The position numbers and the translations under genes are program-made. Below the pieces are notes generated by a model that saw only the letters and a program-made list of their open reading frames with translations, made no database searches and was not told the DNA's origin. 64,000 nucleotides of DNA. Source: a virus. The DNA lies in IMG/VR virus record IMGVR_UViG_3300045993_000417, positions 20,800 to 84,799 of that record; one strand, given 5' to 3'. The stretch's first letter is position 1. The number at the start of each line of letters is the position of its first letter. Positions 1-9,357 of the stretch are shown one piece after another.

Positions 1-1509
1 GACTCAGCGTCTTTCTTCCGGGAAGACGAGCCCATAGTTACCCTTATTGATTTAAAGAAATACACATCGGGGTTGGAGAAATTAGCCGCTGATTCTAGTA
101 TAACAGCGTACGTTGCTGAACTGAAACCGGAAGAGGGGTATTTCTACGTTCACATACTGGCCCTTGGAGCTTCTGAATTCTACGGCGCAAATCGCAACGG
201 TGATAGTTTCCCTGAGGACAGCCTTATTAAGTATCATCATACTTTTGTAACGTCCCCAGGATTTATTTTTCGAAATCATATTAACAAGGACCCCAGCATA
301 GCCATAGGTAAAGTAGTCTTTTCAACATTTAATGTTAGAATGCATAGAGTGGAAATTATAGCTGCAATTGACCGGGTTAAGGGTAAAGATATTTTGGAAA
401 GGGTGGAGGCAGGTGACTTCCCCTCCACCAGTATGGCATGCAAGACAAGTTATGACGAATGCTCTATCTGCAATAACCGAGCCCATACTAGGGCTGAGTA
501 TTGCACCCATTTACGCAACGAGTTAGGTAAGATATATCCTGACGGTAGAAAAGTTACAGCTATCAACTCCGCCCCGTTAAAGTTCATGGAACAGAGTATA
601 GTGGTTCGCCCGGCAGACGCAACGAGTTCCATACTGATGAAAGTAGCAAGTGACTCATCCTTCACTCAAGTCCAATCTTCAGCTGAGCTAGCTGAGATTG
701 AAGGTCTTGGAGACAACGTCATGGATAAACAAGCGGATCTAAGCAAGCTAGCTGATCTCATCAAAGAAATTGATGGTGGTCTAGTAGTAGACGCAGATCC
801 TGAGTTGGACAAACTTTTAGCTAAAACTAAAGACCCTAAGTTCGCTCTAATTCCAATCCTTAAGAACTTCAAGCTTAACGATGTTCTATACTCTCTTGGG
901 CACCTGGGCATTAGCCCGTCCCTAGCCTTCCTGGCAGAGTTAATAGCAGTCAAGCTAGTAGGAGACCACATGACCGGCTCTGGGGCTACTATAGCCTCTC
1001 TAGCGCATCAGGTAGACCCTTCTAAGATAGCTGTACCTAAAGAGATGTCGGACGAAGTTAACGGACCTCAATCCTCTATCCTGAAACTGTTCGCACCAGA
1101 ACTTCTTGGCAGCTCTATGCTTCCAGAGTTCGTAGAGAAGCGTGCTTTCTTGTTTGATGATGGAAGAGAACGTGACGATTTTGAAGGAAAGCATTATAAT
1201 ACCAATATAGGCTACATTGGAAATGGTCCCGAGATTGAGAAGACTCCATTTGAAATGTGGCAAGCTGCAAATGGCGGTATGAAAGAAAACGGTGGCATAG
1301 GTAAAGTACTAACTACGCTACTGGCTGTTGGTGGAGCTGCACTAGCTGCTAAGTGGTTTATAACTAGAACCATTGAACAGAAAATGAGAGAGGCTTTGCC
1401 TCACCCTGGAAATGGTGTTAAAATAGTACTAGTTAAATCTGCTTCTGATTACAAGTTAACTCATCGTTTAGCTAAGGCTGCGATGATTAAGTGTCTAAAG
1501 AAGGTGTAA
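1..1509 (+). CDS. Prohead (head maturation) protease, 5'-truncated by the window edge
   Basis: Frame 1 is open from base 1 (DSASFFREDEP...LEKLAAD). Motifs NRNGDSF, FRNHINKD, SMACK..CSICNN..YCTH (Zn insert) and EQSIVVRPAD resemble HK97/herpes-fold phage proteases. Lies upstream of scaffold and capsid genes. Confidence 0.75.
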   Translation, partial: DSASFFREDEPIVTLIDLKKYTSGLEKLAADSSITAYVAELKPEEGYFYVHILALGASEFYGANRNGDSFPEDSLIKYHHTFVTSPGFIFRNHINKDPSIAIGKVVFSTFNVRMHRVEIIAAIDRVKGKDILERVEAGDFPSTSMACKTSYDECSICNNRAHTRAEYCTHLRNELGKIYPDGRKVTAINSAPLKFMEQSIVVRPADATSSILMKVASDSSFTQVQSSAELAEIEGLGDNVMDKQADLSKLADLIKEIDGGLVVDADPELDKLLAKTKDPKFALIPILKNFKLNDVLYSLGHLGISPSLAFLAELIAVKLVGDHMTGSGATIASLAHQVDPSKIAVPKEMSDEVNGPQSSILKLFAPELLGSSMLPEFVEKRAFLFDDGRERDDFEGKHYNTNIGYIGNGPEIEKTPFEMWQAANGGMKENGGIGKVLTTLLAVGGAALAAKWFITRTIEQKMREALPHPGNGVKIVLVKSASDYKLTHRLAKAAMIKCLKKV

Positions 1510-1515
1510 TACAGA

Positions 1516-1544
1516 TTGACGAAGGATTACTAAAAAGATACAAT
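1516..1544 (+). promoter_or_regulatory. sigma70-like promoter TTGACG-N17-TACAAT
   Basis: Canonical spacing, 37 nt upstream of the 1582 start, with an AAGGA RBS in between. Confidence 0.65.
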
Positions 1545-1581
1545 TCAATACCGTATCTAAACTACAAGGAAAACTTATAAC

Positions 1582-2772
1582 ATGAGTAAAAATGAAAACT
1601 TCACTTTAGAAGACCTTTTGGCTACAATTGAGAAGCAAGCTTCTGACGCTGAAACCGAGGGCTCTAAAGCCGATAATAAAGAAGACTCCAAGGAAGCATT
1701 GGACTCTCGTAAAAAGGACTCGGGTGAAACCGATGAAGCCGAAGCCGAAAAAGCTAAAGCTGAAAAGAAAGAAGGTCAAGAGAAGTCTGCATCTGAACAA
1801 GGCGCTGACTTAGCTAAGGAAATTCTAGAAAAAGTAGCATCTAACAATAAAGGAAATAACGAAATGAGCAAACAAGCTTCTGTAGCTGGCAAGGCTTTGG
1901 CCGATGCAATCCTGACTAAACTGGCTTCTGCTGGTGACGTCGCAACTGAAAACGGGATCACTCCTGGTACAGTTCCACAAAAGAATATCGTTGACAACGC
2001 TGAGATGGATGCACAGGCAACTGCAAAAATCCAATCACTTCCAGGTACCGACGGTGCTGGTAATGGCGGTAGCGTTAATCAAATCTTTGATGCAATCGTT
2101 GCTGATGCAATGGGCGAAGGCGCAACTGCTTACGACCAAACACAATCTGCTGGCGCTTCTGCTGGTGAAGGTGCTGCTATGGATCAAGGCGCAACTGCAA
2201 ATGGTCACGCTGATGAGTCTCAAGAGAAGATGGCTGCTGCTATCACATTGTTTGAGAATGGTCTGGACTTTGATACAGCAGTTGACTTGGTTAAAGAAGC
2301 TGCTGAAGCAATTGAAGCTGAAGAGTTTGATATGGCTAAACAAGCCGCTGTTAGCGAATTGATAGGTCAAGGTTTTGACTTTGATAGCGCAGTTGAGTTG
2401 GTTAAAGAAGCTGTTGCAAATCCATCTGAGCGCGTCTCTCATCCCAATAGTACTATACGCGGTAAGGTAGAACAGGGTGCTTATCAGGCTAAGCAAAAAG
2501 GTAAACGTTTCGGAGCTTCCGCTAAAAGTGAGGCTGCCAATCTGAAGGGCGCACTAGGCGGTTTGAAGAATTCCCCACGTACGGCTATTCAATCTATCGC
2601 AGGTAATCGTATTGCCCAAGCTGCTGCAGCTGCTGCTGCTATCGGTGGTGGTGCGTATGCTCTTACTCGTGAAAAGAAAGCTGCTTTCGAAGCATTGGTT
2701 GATGCTGGTGTTGACTTCGAAAAGGCTGCTGAGTTGGTTGCTGCTAAGTCTCAAGAACTGTACGGTCTGTAA
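1582..2772 (+). CDS. Putative capsid scaffolding/core protein
   Basis: Acidic, Ala-rich and helical. Has 12 or more KxA motifs and three GxDFDxAVxLVKEA-like repeats. Sits between the protease and the capsid gene. Confidence 0.6.
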   Translation: MSKNENFTLEDLLATIEKQASDAETEGSKADNKEDSKEALDSRKKDSGETDEAEAEKAKAEKKEGQEKSASEQGADLAKEILEKVASNNKGNNEMSKQASVAGKALADAILTKLASAGDVATENGITPGTVPQKNIVDNAEMDAQATAKIQSLPGTDGAGNGGSVNQIFDAIVADAMGEGATAYDQTQSAGASAGEGAAMDQGATANGHADESQEKMAAAITLFENGLDFDTAVDLVKEAAEAIEAEEFDMAKQAAVSELIGQGFDFDSAVELVKEAVANPSERVSHPNSTIRGKVEQGAYQAKQKGKRFGASAKSEAANLKGALGGLKNSPRTAIQSIAGNRIAQAAAAAAAIGGGAYALTREKKAAFEALVDAGVDFEKAAELVAAKSQELYGL

Positions 2773-2796
2773 GACGTAACGTAAAAGCATGATACT

Positions 2797-2828
2797 AGAG
2801 GGTGGAGCTTAAAGCCCGCCCTCTTTTT
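2797..2828 (+). terminator. Intrinsic terminator
   Basis: AGAGGGTGG..GC/GC..CCGCCCTCT stem followed by a T tract. Confidence 0.6.
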
Positions 2829-2845
2829 ATTTAACCCATGAGACT

Positions 2846-3697
2846 ATGAACAAATACCTAACCAAACTAGCTACCCTCTCAGCCGATGCTAAAAAAGAGA
2901 TCCAACAAACAGCTATCATAGCTGCTACTGGATTAGGCGCAGGAATAGGCGGTGACATGTTATCTAAGACTAAGGCTATCTCTAGCTGGAAAGCTCCGAG
3001 CTGGCTTAAGGCTGGTGTTACCGTTGGGGCGTTAGGTTTAGTAGGTGACGTAGCTGCTGTTAAGGTTAATAGACATATAGAAAAGAGTGCAGGGATGAAT
3101 AAGTATTTGGAAAAAGTGGCATTGACGTTAGATGGGCATTCGTTTGAACCGGTGGGGAACTACACCACCTCCGTTAAAGATATAAACGATGCTCCGGCTA
3201 CCGTACCTAAAAAGAAGTTTGGACATCAGAAGTTAGAACCTAATATTAATCCAGGAGATACTTTCGATTCAAAGACTCTAAACTACCTAGGGAGTCCTGA
3301 TATAGCTCATGCTAAAGATATCACTCCAGTACCTCTGTCCGCTAAAATACACAATAACAAAGCCAAGATTCTACTATCTGCTGCAGGGCTAGCCGGGGCA
3401 GCTGGATTGTATGCTTTACATAATAAAAGGAAAAAAGAAGCGATGAACAAATATCTAGAGAAAGCGGCCTCTATGCAACTCCTATTTAATGGAGTTAGGC
3501 GTGGGGCACAAAGGCTTGGCGGGCAATTAAAGACATTGGGACAAGACTTTAGTACTGCCCCTAAAACGATGGCAGGTATGAAGAGTATGGCTCCAAGTAT
3601 CAAACCTATACTTCAGAACCGTGCGGTACAGGTGGGTGCAGGTGCTACTGCGTTAGGAGTTGGTGCACTGTCCATGAGAAAAAAGAATAACCAATAA
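2846..3697 (+). CDS. Putative internal head protein made of three MNKYL(E/T)KxA-led modules
   Basis: MNKYLTKLA, MNKYLEKVA and MNKYLEKAA occur in one frame. Each module has a Gly/Ala-rich hydrophobic segment. Confidence 0.55.
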   Translation: MNKYLTKLATLSADAKKEIQQTAIIAATGLGAGIGGDMLSKTKAISSWKAPSWLKAGVTVGALGLVGDVAAVKVNRHIEKSAGMNKYLEKVALTLDGHSFEPVGNYTTSVKDINDAPATVPKKKFGHQKLEPNINPGDTFDSKTLNYLGSPDIAHAKDITPVPLSAKIHNNKAKILLSAAGLAGAAGLYALHNKRKKEAMNKYLEKAASMQLLFNGVRRGAQRLGGQLKTLGQDFSTAPKTMAGMKSMAPSIKPILQNRAVQVGAGATALGVGALSMRKKNNQ

Positions 3698-3707
3698 GGA
3701 TATTAAA

Positions 3708-4304
3708 ATGTCACTATCACAAGAATTACGTGCATACGCAGAAACCTTGCACACTCCAGAAGTTTCGGAGACAGAGGCTGCGGTTGAACTTTTGAAACAA
3801 GCGGGTCTTTCTGAAGACGTGGCTCGTGCAGAAGTTCTACAAATGGAAATGGAAAAAGAGGCTACCGAGCACCTAGTCATGTCCGGTATCGACATCGACA
3901 AGGCTGTCAACATGGTTAAGGCTGCTAACATCAATGTTAAGAACCTGACTAAGGTGTCTCTTGTTAAGGAAGCATCCGAAGTCACTGCTAGTCCAGAAGC
4001 TGAGTTACTGATTAAGGTAGCTGAGTACGTGGAAGAGTTGGAGTCTGAGAACGCTAACCTTAAGAACATGGTTAAAGTCGCTGAAGCTAGTGCACCAGAA
4101 AAAGAAATCAAACTCCCTCAGTCTATGGAGAAGGTTGCTAAGTCTGGCATGCTGACTAAGGAAGACTTGATTGAGCTACAGAGCGTTAGCGCTACTGTAC
4201 TGAATAAGGTTGCATCGGCTCTAGAGCCTGCATGGGAAATGGGTAAAGCTGCTGGGGTTGCAAGACCTAAGACTGATCCTATCCTTGAATTTTGTGTGGC
4301 TTAA
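3708..4304 (+). CDS. Putative scaffold/core protein (KxA-rich, coiled coil)
   Basis: About 9 KxA motifs, acidic helical composition, AAGGA RBS, head cluster. Confidence 0.5.
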   Translation: MSLSQELRAYAETLHTPEVSETEAAVELLKQAGLSEDVARAEVLQMEMEKEATEHLVMSGIDIDKAVNMVKAANINVKNLTKVSLVKEASEVTASPEAELLIKVAEYVEELESENANLKNMVKVAEASAPEKEIKLPQSMEKVAKSGMLTKEDLIELQSVSATVLNKVASALEPAWEMGKAAGVARPKTDPILEFCVA

Positions 4305-4306
4305 TT

Positions 4307-5185
4307 ATGACTAACCTCTACTTAGAAAAGATTGCGGCTTCCATGTCTGAAGATATGCAAGAGCCTTGGACCATCCTGGGACAGAAAGAGGTAATGCTAC
4401 GTCACGGATATGATGTACCTTATAATGAACTTGGTAACGTAAATGCTCAGACAGCTAATACTAACCTTTTTAGGCAGTTGAAGCACCGAGGTATCGGAGC
4501 TCTAATAGGTGCTGCTGCTGGAGGTATTATGGGCGGTATACTACAGGGATCACAGGGAGCTTCTATTGGAGTAGCTGGTGGGGCTATGGCTGGAGCTATA
4601 GGCGGGATTGTACACGATAGTAAGTACATGAAAGAAGACCACGCTGAACTAATTCGTAGGAACATAGATTCAGGGGCGTGGGATAAATATCATATTGGAG
4701 AAAAACAAGCCTCATTCGACAATCCTTACCTAGAGAAGATTGCAGCTAATAAAATGAAGCAGTACATGATCGACACTGGTCAAATTCATAGTCATCAGTT
4801 TTATGGTCCTAAGGGAACAAAAGTAAATGCTCCTAGTAACCAGTCTATCAACGCTATGTATGCTTCAACTGCGCCTACGTCTACATACAATGCGGGTGGT
4901 AGGACAACTACGACTAAGCCTGGTAGTAAAGGTATTTTAGGAATTGGCAAGACTCCTGCTGTAACTACCTCTGTAGAAAATACCGCCACTAGAGTAACAG
5001 GAGATTCATTGGCTGGTGGAGTGAAAAGCAGGATGGTGCCAAAGACAGGTGTTAAGGGACTCCTAGGTAAGGCCGTAGGGTTGATGAAAAGAAATCCATT
5101 AGCTACTGGAGCTGTTGCATTAGGTGCTGGTATGTTAGCCGGTAGGTCTAGTAAAGGCAGTGGCGATCAGTATCAATACGCTTAA
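4307..5185 (+). CDS. Putative internal head protein with two NxYLEKIA modules and a glycine-zipper segment
   Basis: ATG at 4307 gives MTNLYLEKIA. Internal DNPYLEKIA. GxxxG-rich GALIGAAAGGIMGG..GAMAGAIGG. Confidence 0.55.
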   Translation: MTNLYLEKIAASMSEDMQEPWTILGQKEVMLRHGYDVPYNELGNVNAQTANTNLFRQLKHRGIGALIGAAAGGIMGGILQGSQGASIGVAGGAMAGAIGGIVHDSKYMKEDHAELIRRNIDSGAWDKYHIGEKQASFDNPYLEKIAANKMKQYMIDTGQIHSHQFYGPKGTKVNAPSNQSINAMYASTAPTSTYNAGGRTTTTKPGSKGILGIGKTPAVTTSVENTATRVTGDSLAGGVKSRMVPKTGVKGLLGKAVGLMKRNPLATGAVALGAGMLAGRSSKGSGDQYQYA

Positions 5186-5209
5186 GCTTTAAGAACTACG
5201 TTTCAAACT

Positions 5210-5242
5210 AAAAAAATCCCGGAGTGATTACCGGGATTTTTT
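5210..5242. terminator. Bidirectional intrinsic terminator
   Basis: AAAAAATCCCGG-N8-CCGGGATTTTTT between convergent genes. Confidence 0.85.
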
Positions 5243-5243
5243 A

Positions 5244-5717
5244 TTACTTACATTTAGACCAAGCCGTGCGTTGCTCCCTATCAAAACTAGAAGCCCCTAT
5301 CATTCTATACGCGGCGTTATCCCTAGTGTTACGTTTCCTAGCGTATGCCTCTGAAGTACTCCACTGCCTGTTATCCCTTACCCGGTTTGTTTTACTCCAT
5401 ACAGACATAGCATATTCTGGACTATTACCCTCTAGAATAGCTAACCCTACTGGCCTGAAGTTTACTGTTAACCACGTTACACAATCATAGCTAGACTTGA
5501 AGGGTCCTATTGACGGTATATCAAACATTACCTTTTTAGTGTCCTGTTCGGTCCAGCTAACCCCCATAGTGACCTGCAAGTAGGCGTGTACTGAGAGTAC
5601 GGCCCTAATCATACTTACGCTACGGTTAGACTTCATGGCGTCAATACAAAGCTTTATTAGTGTCACTCTGAATACATTACGGACGTCGGCCTGTAGTGGT
5701 GTTAATTTTACTTTCAT
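5244..5717 (-). CDS. Hypothetical protein
   Basis: 157 aa, AGGAG RBS, own TGGTATAAG promoter and terminator. Confidence 0.7.
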   Translation of the reverse strand: MKVKLTPLQADVRNVFRVTLIKLCIDAMKSNRSVSMIRAVLSVHAYLQVTMGVSWTEQDTKKVMFDIPSIGPFKSSYDCVTWLTVNFRPVGLAILEGNSPEYAMSVWSKTNRVRDNRQWSTSEAYARKRNTRDNAAYRMIGASSFDREQRTAWSKCK

Positions 5718-5752
5718 GATTTAATCTCCTGTTGTGAGTTTATTACACTTAA

Positions 5753-5782
5753 CTTATACCATTTTTCACTACATCTATTTAA
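5753..5782 (-). promoter_or_regulatory. Minus-strand promoter class TTAAA..TGGTATAAG
   Basis: CTTATACCA at 5753-5761; the same motif recurs before every minus-strand unit. Confidence 0.7.
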
Positions 5783-5896
5783 TTCTGAGTTAAACTAATT
5801 TCATAGAGCTATATGTTCTACAGGTTTGGGCAGTAATGTCCTTGATTGATCTAATAATTAGTTCGGTCTAAACATTTAACTAAAAGGAAATAAACC

Positions 5897-6337
5897 ATGA
5901 AAATGGAAAGAACGGCAGAAGTCATTCGTGGCTGGCCATATGACGGTTCTCTTAACCGTGCGGAGCCAATTACGGCTGCTGCAACTCTGGTTAATGGTGA
6001 CTGGGTTGTAAAAGGTGCAGACGGTACTGTTAACGTTGGTTCAGTTACATTCGCTAACGGTAAAGCTGGTTTGGTAGTTGTTGGTAATGGTGATTCTGGT
6101 TCTGCATTGAACTCTGGCAAAGCTGAAGTATTGTGGGGTAACTTTATCGCTAAGGTATCTAACTTTACTGCTGGCGCTTATGTTCCTGGTGCTCCAGTTA
6201 CTGTTACAGCAGGTAAGATTGCATTGGCAACTCTGAGCACTGGCACAACCAACGGTAGCATCGTTGTAGGCCACGTATTGGATGTTGTTGCAGTTAGTGC
6301 AACTAATACTGCTCATGTTGTTATCGCAGTATATTAA
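5897..6337 (+). CDS. Capsid decoration/cement protein
   Basis: Small beta-rich Gly/Val/Ala protein immediately upstream of the major capsid gene; strongly biased codons. Confidence 0.65.
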   Translation: MKMERTAEVIRGWPYDGSLNRAEPITAAATLVNGDWVVKGADGTVNVGSVTFANGKAGLVVVGNGDSGSALNSGKAEVLWGNFIAKVSNFTAGAYVPGAPVTVTAGKIALATLSTGTTNGSIVVGHVLDVVAVSATNTAHVVIAVY

Positions 6338-6349
6338 TAGGGGATAAAC

Positions 6350-7243
6350 ATGAGTAATTACACAACCGAAACAATCAATACCCAATTCATCAATCAGTCT
6401 TTCTTGGACAAGATTGACCAAGGTATGGAAAAAGAAGCCGGCGCAGCAATGTCCGCATTCGTGCGTCAAAAACTGCGTGAAGATGGCTTTACACGTAAGA
6501 TCCTAACTCCAGTTTCGATCACTGCTTCCGAGCTAGATCGTCAACTGAGCGAAGAGCCACAAGTAATCGTAGAGAAAGAGCCAGACAGCGTTGCTGCAAA
6601 CTTGCCCTTCTTGTCTCGTGCTGAGATTCGCTACTTTACCGGTTCTCGTTATGCAGTAACTTTCCAGAAGATCACTTCTGCTGAGTTCAAGAAGTCTAAG
6701 TTCGAGTTGGCTACATACCGTACCGACATCCGCACTATCCTTCAAGAAAACTCGGTTAAGGATCTGCAAGAGCAAGAAGACAAAAACTTCTACAACAACT
6801 GCTTGGCAGTGGCTACAGCTAACAGCAACGTTCACGCCATCGCTGGTGGTTTCAACGTAGCTAACCTGAACGCTGGTATCAAGTTCCTGTTGGAGAAGAA
6901 ACTTCCTGTTGGTTGTATCCTGATGACTCAAAGCATGTATGCTGATCTGTTGGCTCAACCAGCTACTCAAATCGGTTCTGCAGCAGCTTCTGAGCTGTTC
7001 CGCGGCCAAGCTAGTCTTGACAATTTTTTTGGATACAAAATTATTACGACTAACAAAACTGACATCGTACCGACAAACCAAGCTGTCGTGTTTGCTCCGC
7101 AAGAGTATACCGGCCAGTTCTATTCCTTGCAGGAACCTCAAGTTTTCCTCAAGACAGAAGCCGATATGATCCAGTTCCAGACGTACGAAGCTATCGGTGC
7201 AGGCCTCGGAAATACCTCAGCAGTGCATTTTCTTAATTTCTAA
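6350..7243 (+). CDS. Major capsid protein (HK97 fold)
   Basis: 297 aa, very strong codon bias, follows protease/scaffold/decoration genes and is followed by a terminator. N-terminal EKEA is a candidate cleavage site. Confidence 0.8.
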   Translation: MSNYTTETINTQFINQSFLDKIDQGMEKEAGAAMSAFVRQKLREDGFTRKILTPVSITASELDRQLSEEPQVIVEKEPDSVAANLPFLSRAEIRYFTGSRYAVTFQKITSAEFKKSKFELATYRTDIRTILQENSVKDLQEQEDKNFYNNCLAVATANSNVHAIAGGFNVANLNAGIKFLLEKKLPVGCILMTQSMYADLLAQPATQIGSAAASELFRGQASLDNFFGYKIITTNKTDIVPTNQAVVFAPQEYTGQFYSLQEPQVFLKTEADMIQFQTYEAIGAGLGNTSAVHFLNF

Positions 7244-7265
7244 GAGGTTTTTAGAAAGTAACACT

Positions 7266-7294
7266 AAAAAGCCTGGAGAAATCCGGGCTTTTTT
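7266..7294. terminator. Intrinsic terminator after capsid operon
   Basis: AAAAAGCCTGGA-GAAA-TCCGGGCTTTTTT. Confidence 0.85.
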
Positions 7295-7348
7295 ACGTCC
7301 TCAAAATTGTAGTAGTTAAAAGTGTCCTAGTTATGTTAAAATAGGATT

Positions 7349-8530
7349 ATGAAACATACCAACAAATTATCGCAAGAAGAAGTAATACGTCGCATGACTT
7401 TGAAGAACCCTCAGTTTGATTTTTCAGAGTTTGTGTACACAAATAGTACTACCAAAAGTACTGTCATGTGTAGTACTCACGGTAGATTCCAACAGAATTA
7501 TAAAAGGCTGACTAACGGTATAGGGTGTGCCAAATGTGGTGGCGTAGCTAAAAAAGATCCAATATCTTATGTAGAGGAAATCACACGTAAGTTTGGCACA
7601 TTCTGTGACTACTCTAGGGTAGTATATCTAGGGGCCCGTTCAACGGTGGAGGTAGTATGCCCTATACACGGTGTATTTAGTGTAATAGCATGTAACTACC
7701 TTAATCTATATAAACACCCGTGTCCTAAGTGTGGTATTGATAATAGGGTCAAGAATCAGTTTGATTCTGCGGAGGATTTTATAAGGAAGGCGGTTTCCGT
7801 GCACGGATCTTTATATGACTACTCTAAGGTGGTATACGTAGGTTCTAAGATGCCTGTGGAAATAGTCTGTAAAACTCATGGGAGTTTCTTAAAGTCTCCC
7901 AATAAACACATAAGTTATAAAGGTGGATGTCAGAGGTGTTCTGAGGGTAACCGTATCTCTAAAGGTGAATCGAGTCTTCTTAATAAAGTATCGGAGCTGG
8001 GATTAGCTATACTGAAGAACAATAGGGGCATTCTACCCGGACGTAAAGAGTTGGATATGTACTTCCCTGAACTAAAAACAGGGATAGAGTATAACGGAAT
8101 ACTATGGCACTCGGAATATAAGGGGTCCAAGTTTAACCTATTGGACAAGACAAAACTGGGAGAAGCCGTAGGGGTTAAAGTATTACATATATTCGAAGAC
8201 GAGTGGGAGAACGATCCGGATAGGGTAATTAATATAACCAAAGCCGTATTAGGAACTGAGATAAACGATAAACAATTAGTAAAAGAGTGCTCCACCTTAT
8301 TTGGCGAACTAACATATTTAGATAGAAGGTACCCACTGCTAGATAAATTTCTACGCCTAGGATACGAGGTAATAGAGGTAGTAGATCCTAAACCCTGGTT
8401 TAGTAATGGATATAAAAATAGAGTACCCTACACTGAAGACATAAAATCAAGTAACCCCCGTGGAGTAGTAGTCTGGGACTGTGGAGGTTACCTATTAAAA
8501 CCACCGGCCAAAATTATGGGTGTAACATAA
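7349..8530 (+). CDS. Free-standing homing endonuclease (Zn-ribbon CxxHG..CxxC repeats plus Vsr/Hef-like nuclease domain)
   Basis: Three repeats of DYSxVVY..V.C..HG.F...C.KC. Nuclease motif ELDMYFPELKTGIEYNGILWH..LHIFEDEW and C-terminal WDCG. Confidence 0.8.
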   Translation: MKHTNKLSQEEVIRRMTLKNPQFDFSEFVYTNSTTKSTVMCSTHGRFQQNYKRLTNGIGCAKCGGVAKKDPISYVEEITRKFGTFCDYSRVVYLGARSTVEVVCPIHGVFSVIACNYLNLYKHPCPKCGIDNRVKNQFDSAEDFIRKAVSVHGSLYDYSKVVYVGSKMPVEIVCKTHGSFLKSPNKHISYKGGCQRCSEGNRISKGESSLLNKVSELGLAILKNNRGILPGRKELDMYFPELKTGIEYNGILWHSEYKGSKFNLLDKTKLGEAVGVKVLHIFEDEWENDPDRVINITKAVLGTEINDKQLVKECSTLFGELTYLDRRYPLLDKFLRLGYEVIEVVDPKPWFSNGYKNRVPYTEDIKSSNPRGVVVWDCGGYLLKPPAKIMGVT

Positions 8531-8694
8531 ACTAAGTCCGGCTCCCGCCGGAATACTTTTCACGATTTGGGATTGTTGGTACTACAAAAACTTCCAACAG
8601 ATTCAATTAACATCTTGATTCTCCCAAATCTTTATTGTTATTAAGATGTAACCCATCGCTGTTTTGATGGATATGATCTCCCTACTACAATATA

Positions 8695-8703
8695 CTTATA
8701 CCA
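8695..8703 (-). promoter_or_regulatory. Minus-strand promoter TGGTATAAG with no long ORF downstream
   Basis: CTTATACCA exact match to the class motif. Confidence 0.55.
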
Positions 8704-8733
8704 AAAAAGCGGTTCTTAATGTAAAATATGGTT

Positions 8734-9357
8734 ATGAATAAATATCTGATATCCATAGAGAAGGTGGCGATGAATGCCCTTAAGTCCAGGGTATTAGCTA
8801 AAGGTGTAGGGGTTATCGCACAGCCTGGGTCACAGTGGAAACGGGCTATAAGGGATTCCAAAAATTTTAAGTCAGTAGAAGATTTTCAGAATACCTGGAA
8901 ACATAAAGTACCAAACACTTTTAAGGTGGAGGGTACTGCTACTGCCATAACCAGGACTGGTGAAAAAATCCCTGGAGCGTATAATAAATATACGAAACTA
9001 ACTGATTCTCTAAAGTCTATAGAAAATAAAGGGTTAGGTAAAGTAACGTTTCTTAATGGGGAAGCAGCCTCCATAAAAACTAAAGGCTCTAATTTACAGA
9101 TACACCTAAAAAGTCATAATAATAGGAATATACTAGAGGCTGTTGGAAGCACAGTTAGCCCTACTGCAAGTGATACTACTCGTGGTAAAGGTTTATTTAA
9201 AGGACTATGGCCTCACATATCCAAAGAGTTAAGGAAGCGTGGGATAACCCATCTAGAGATGGAGCCTCAATCCCCCGTCTGGCATAAGAACTACAAACTT
9301 GAAAAAATACCAGAAAAAGACGTAGATTACTATAAACATAGAATACCAACTAAATGA
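8734..9357 (+). CDS. MNKYL..EKVA-leader protein with C-terminal GNAT-like acetyltransferase motif
   Basis: The second ATG (8734) gives MNKYL and lies 6 nt after TAAAAT. RGKGLFKGLW..LRKRGITHLEM resembles GNAT motif A and the following helix/strand. Confidence 0.5.
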   Translation: MNKYLISIEKVAMNALKSRVLAKGVGVIAQPGSQWKRAIRDSKNFKSVEDFQNTWKHKVPNTFKVEGTATAITRTGEKIPGAYNKYTKLTDSLKSIENKGLGKVTFLNGEAASIKTKGSNLQIHLKSHNNRNILEAVGSTVSPTASDTTRGKGLFKGLWPHISKELRKRGITHLEMEPQSPVWHKNYKLEKIPEKDVDYYKHRIPTK

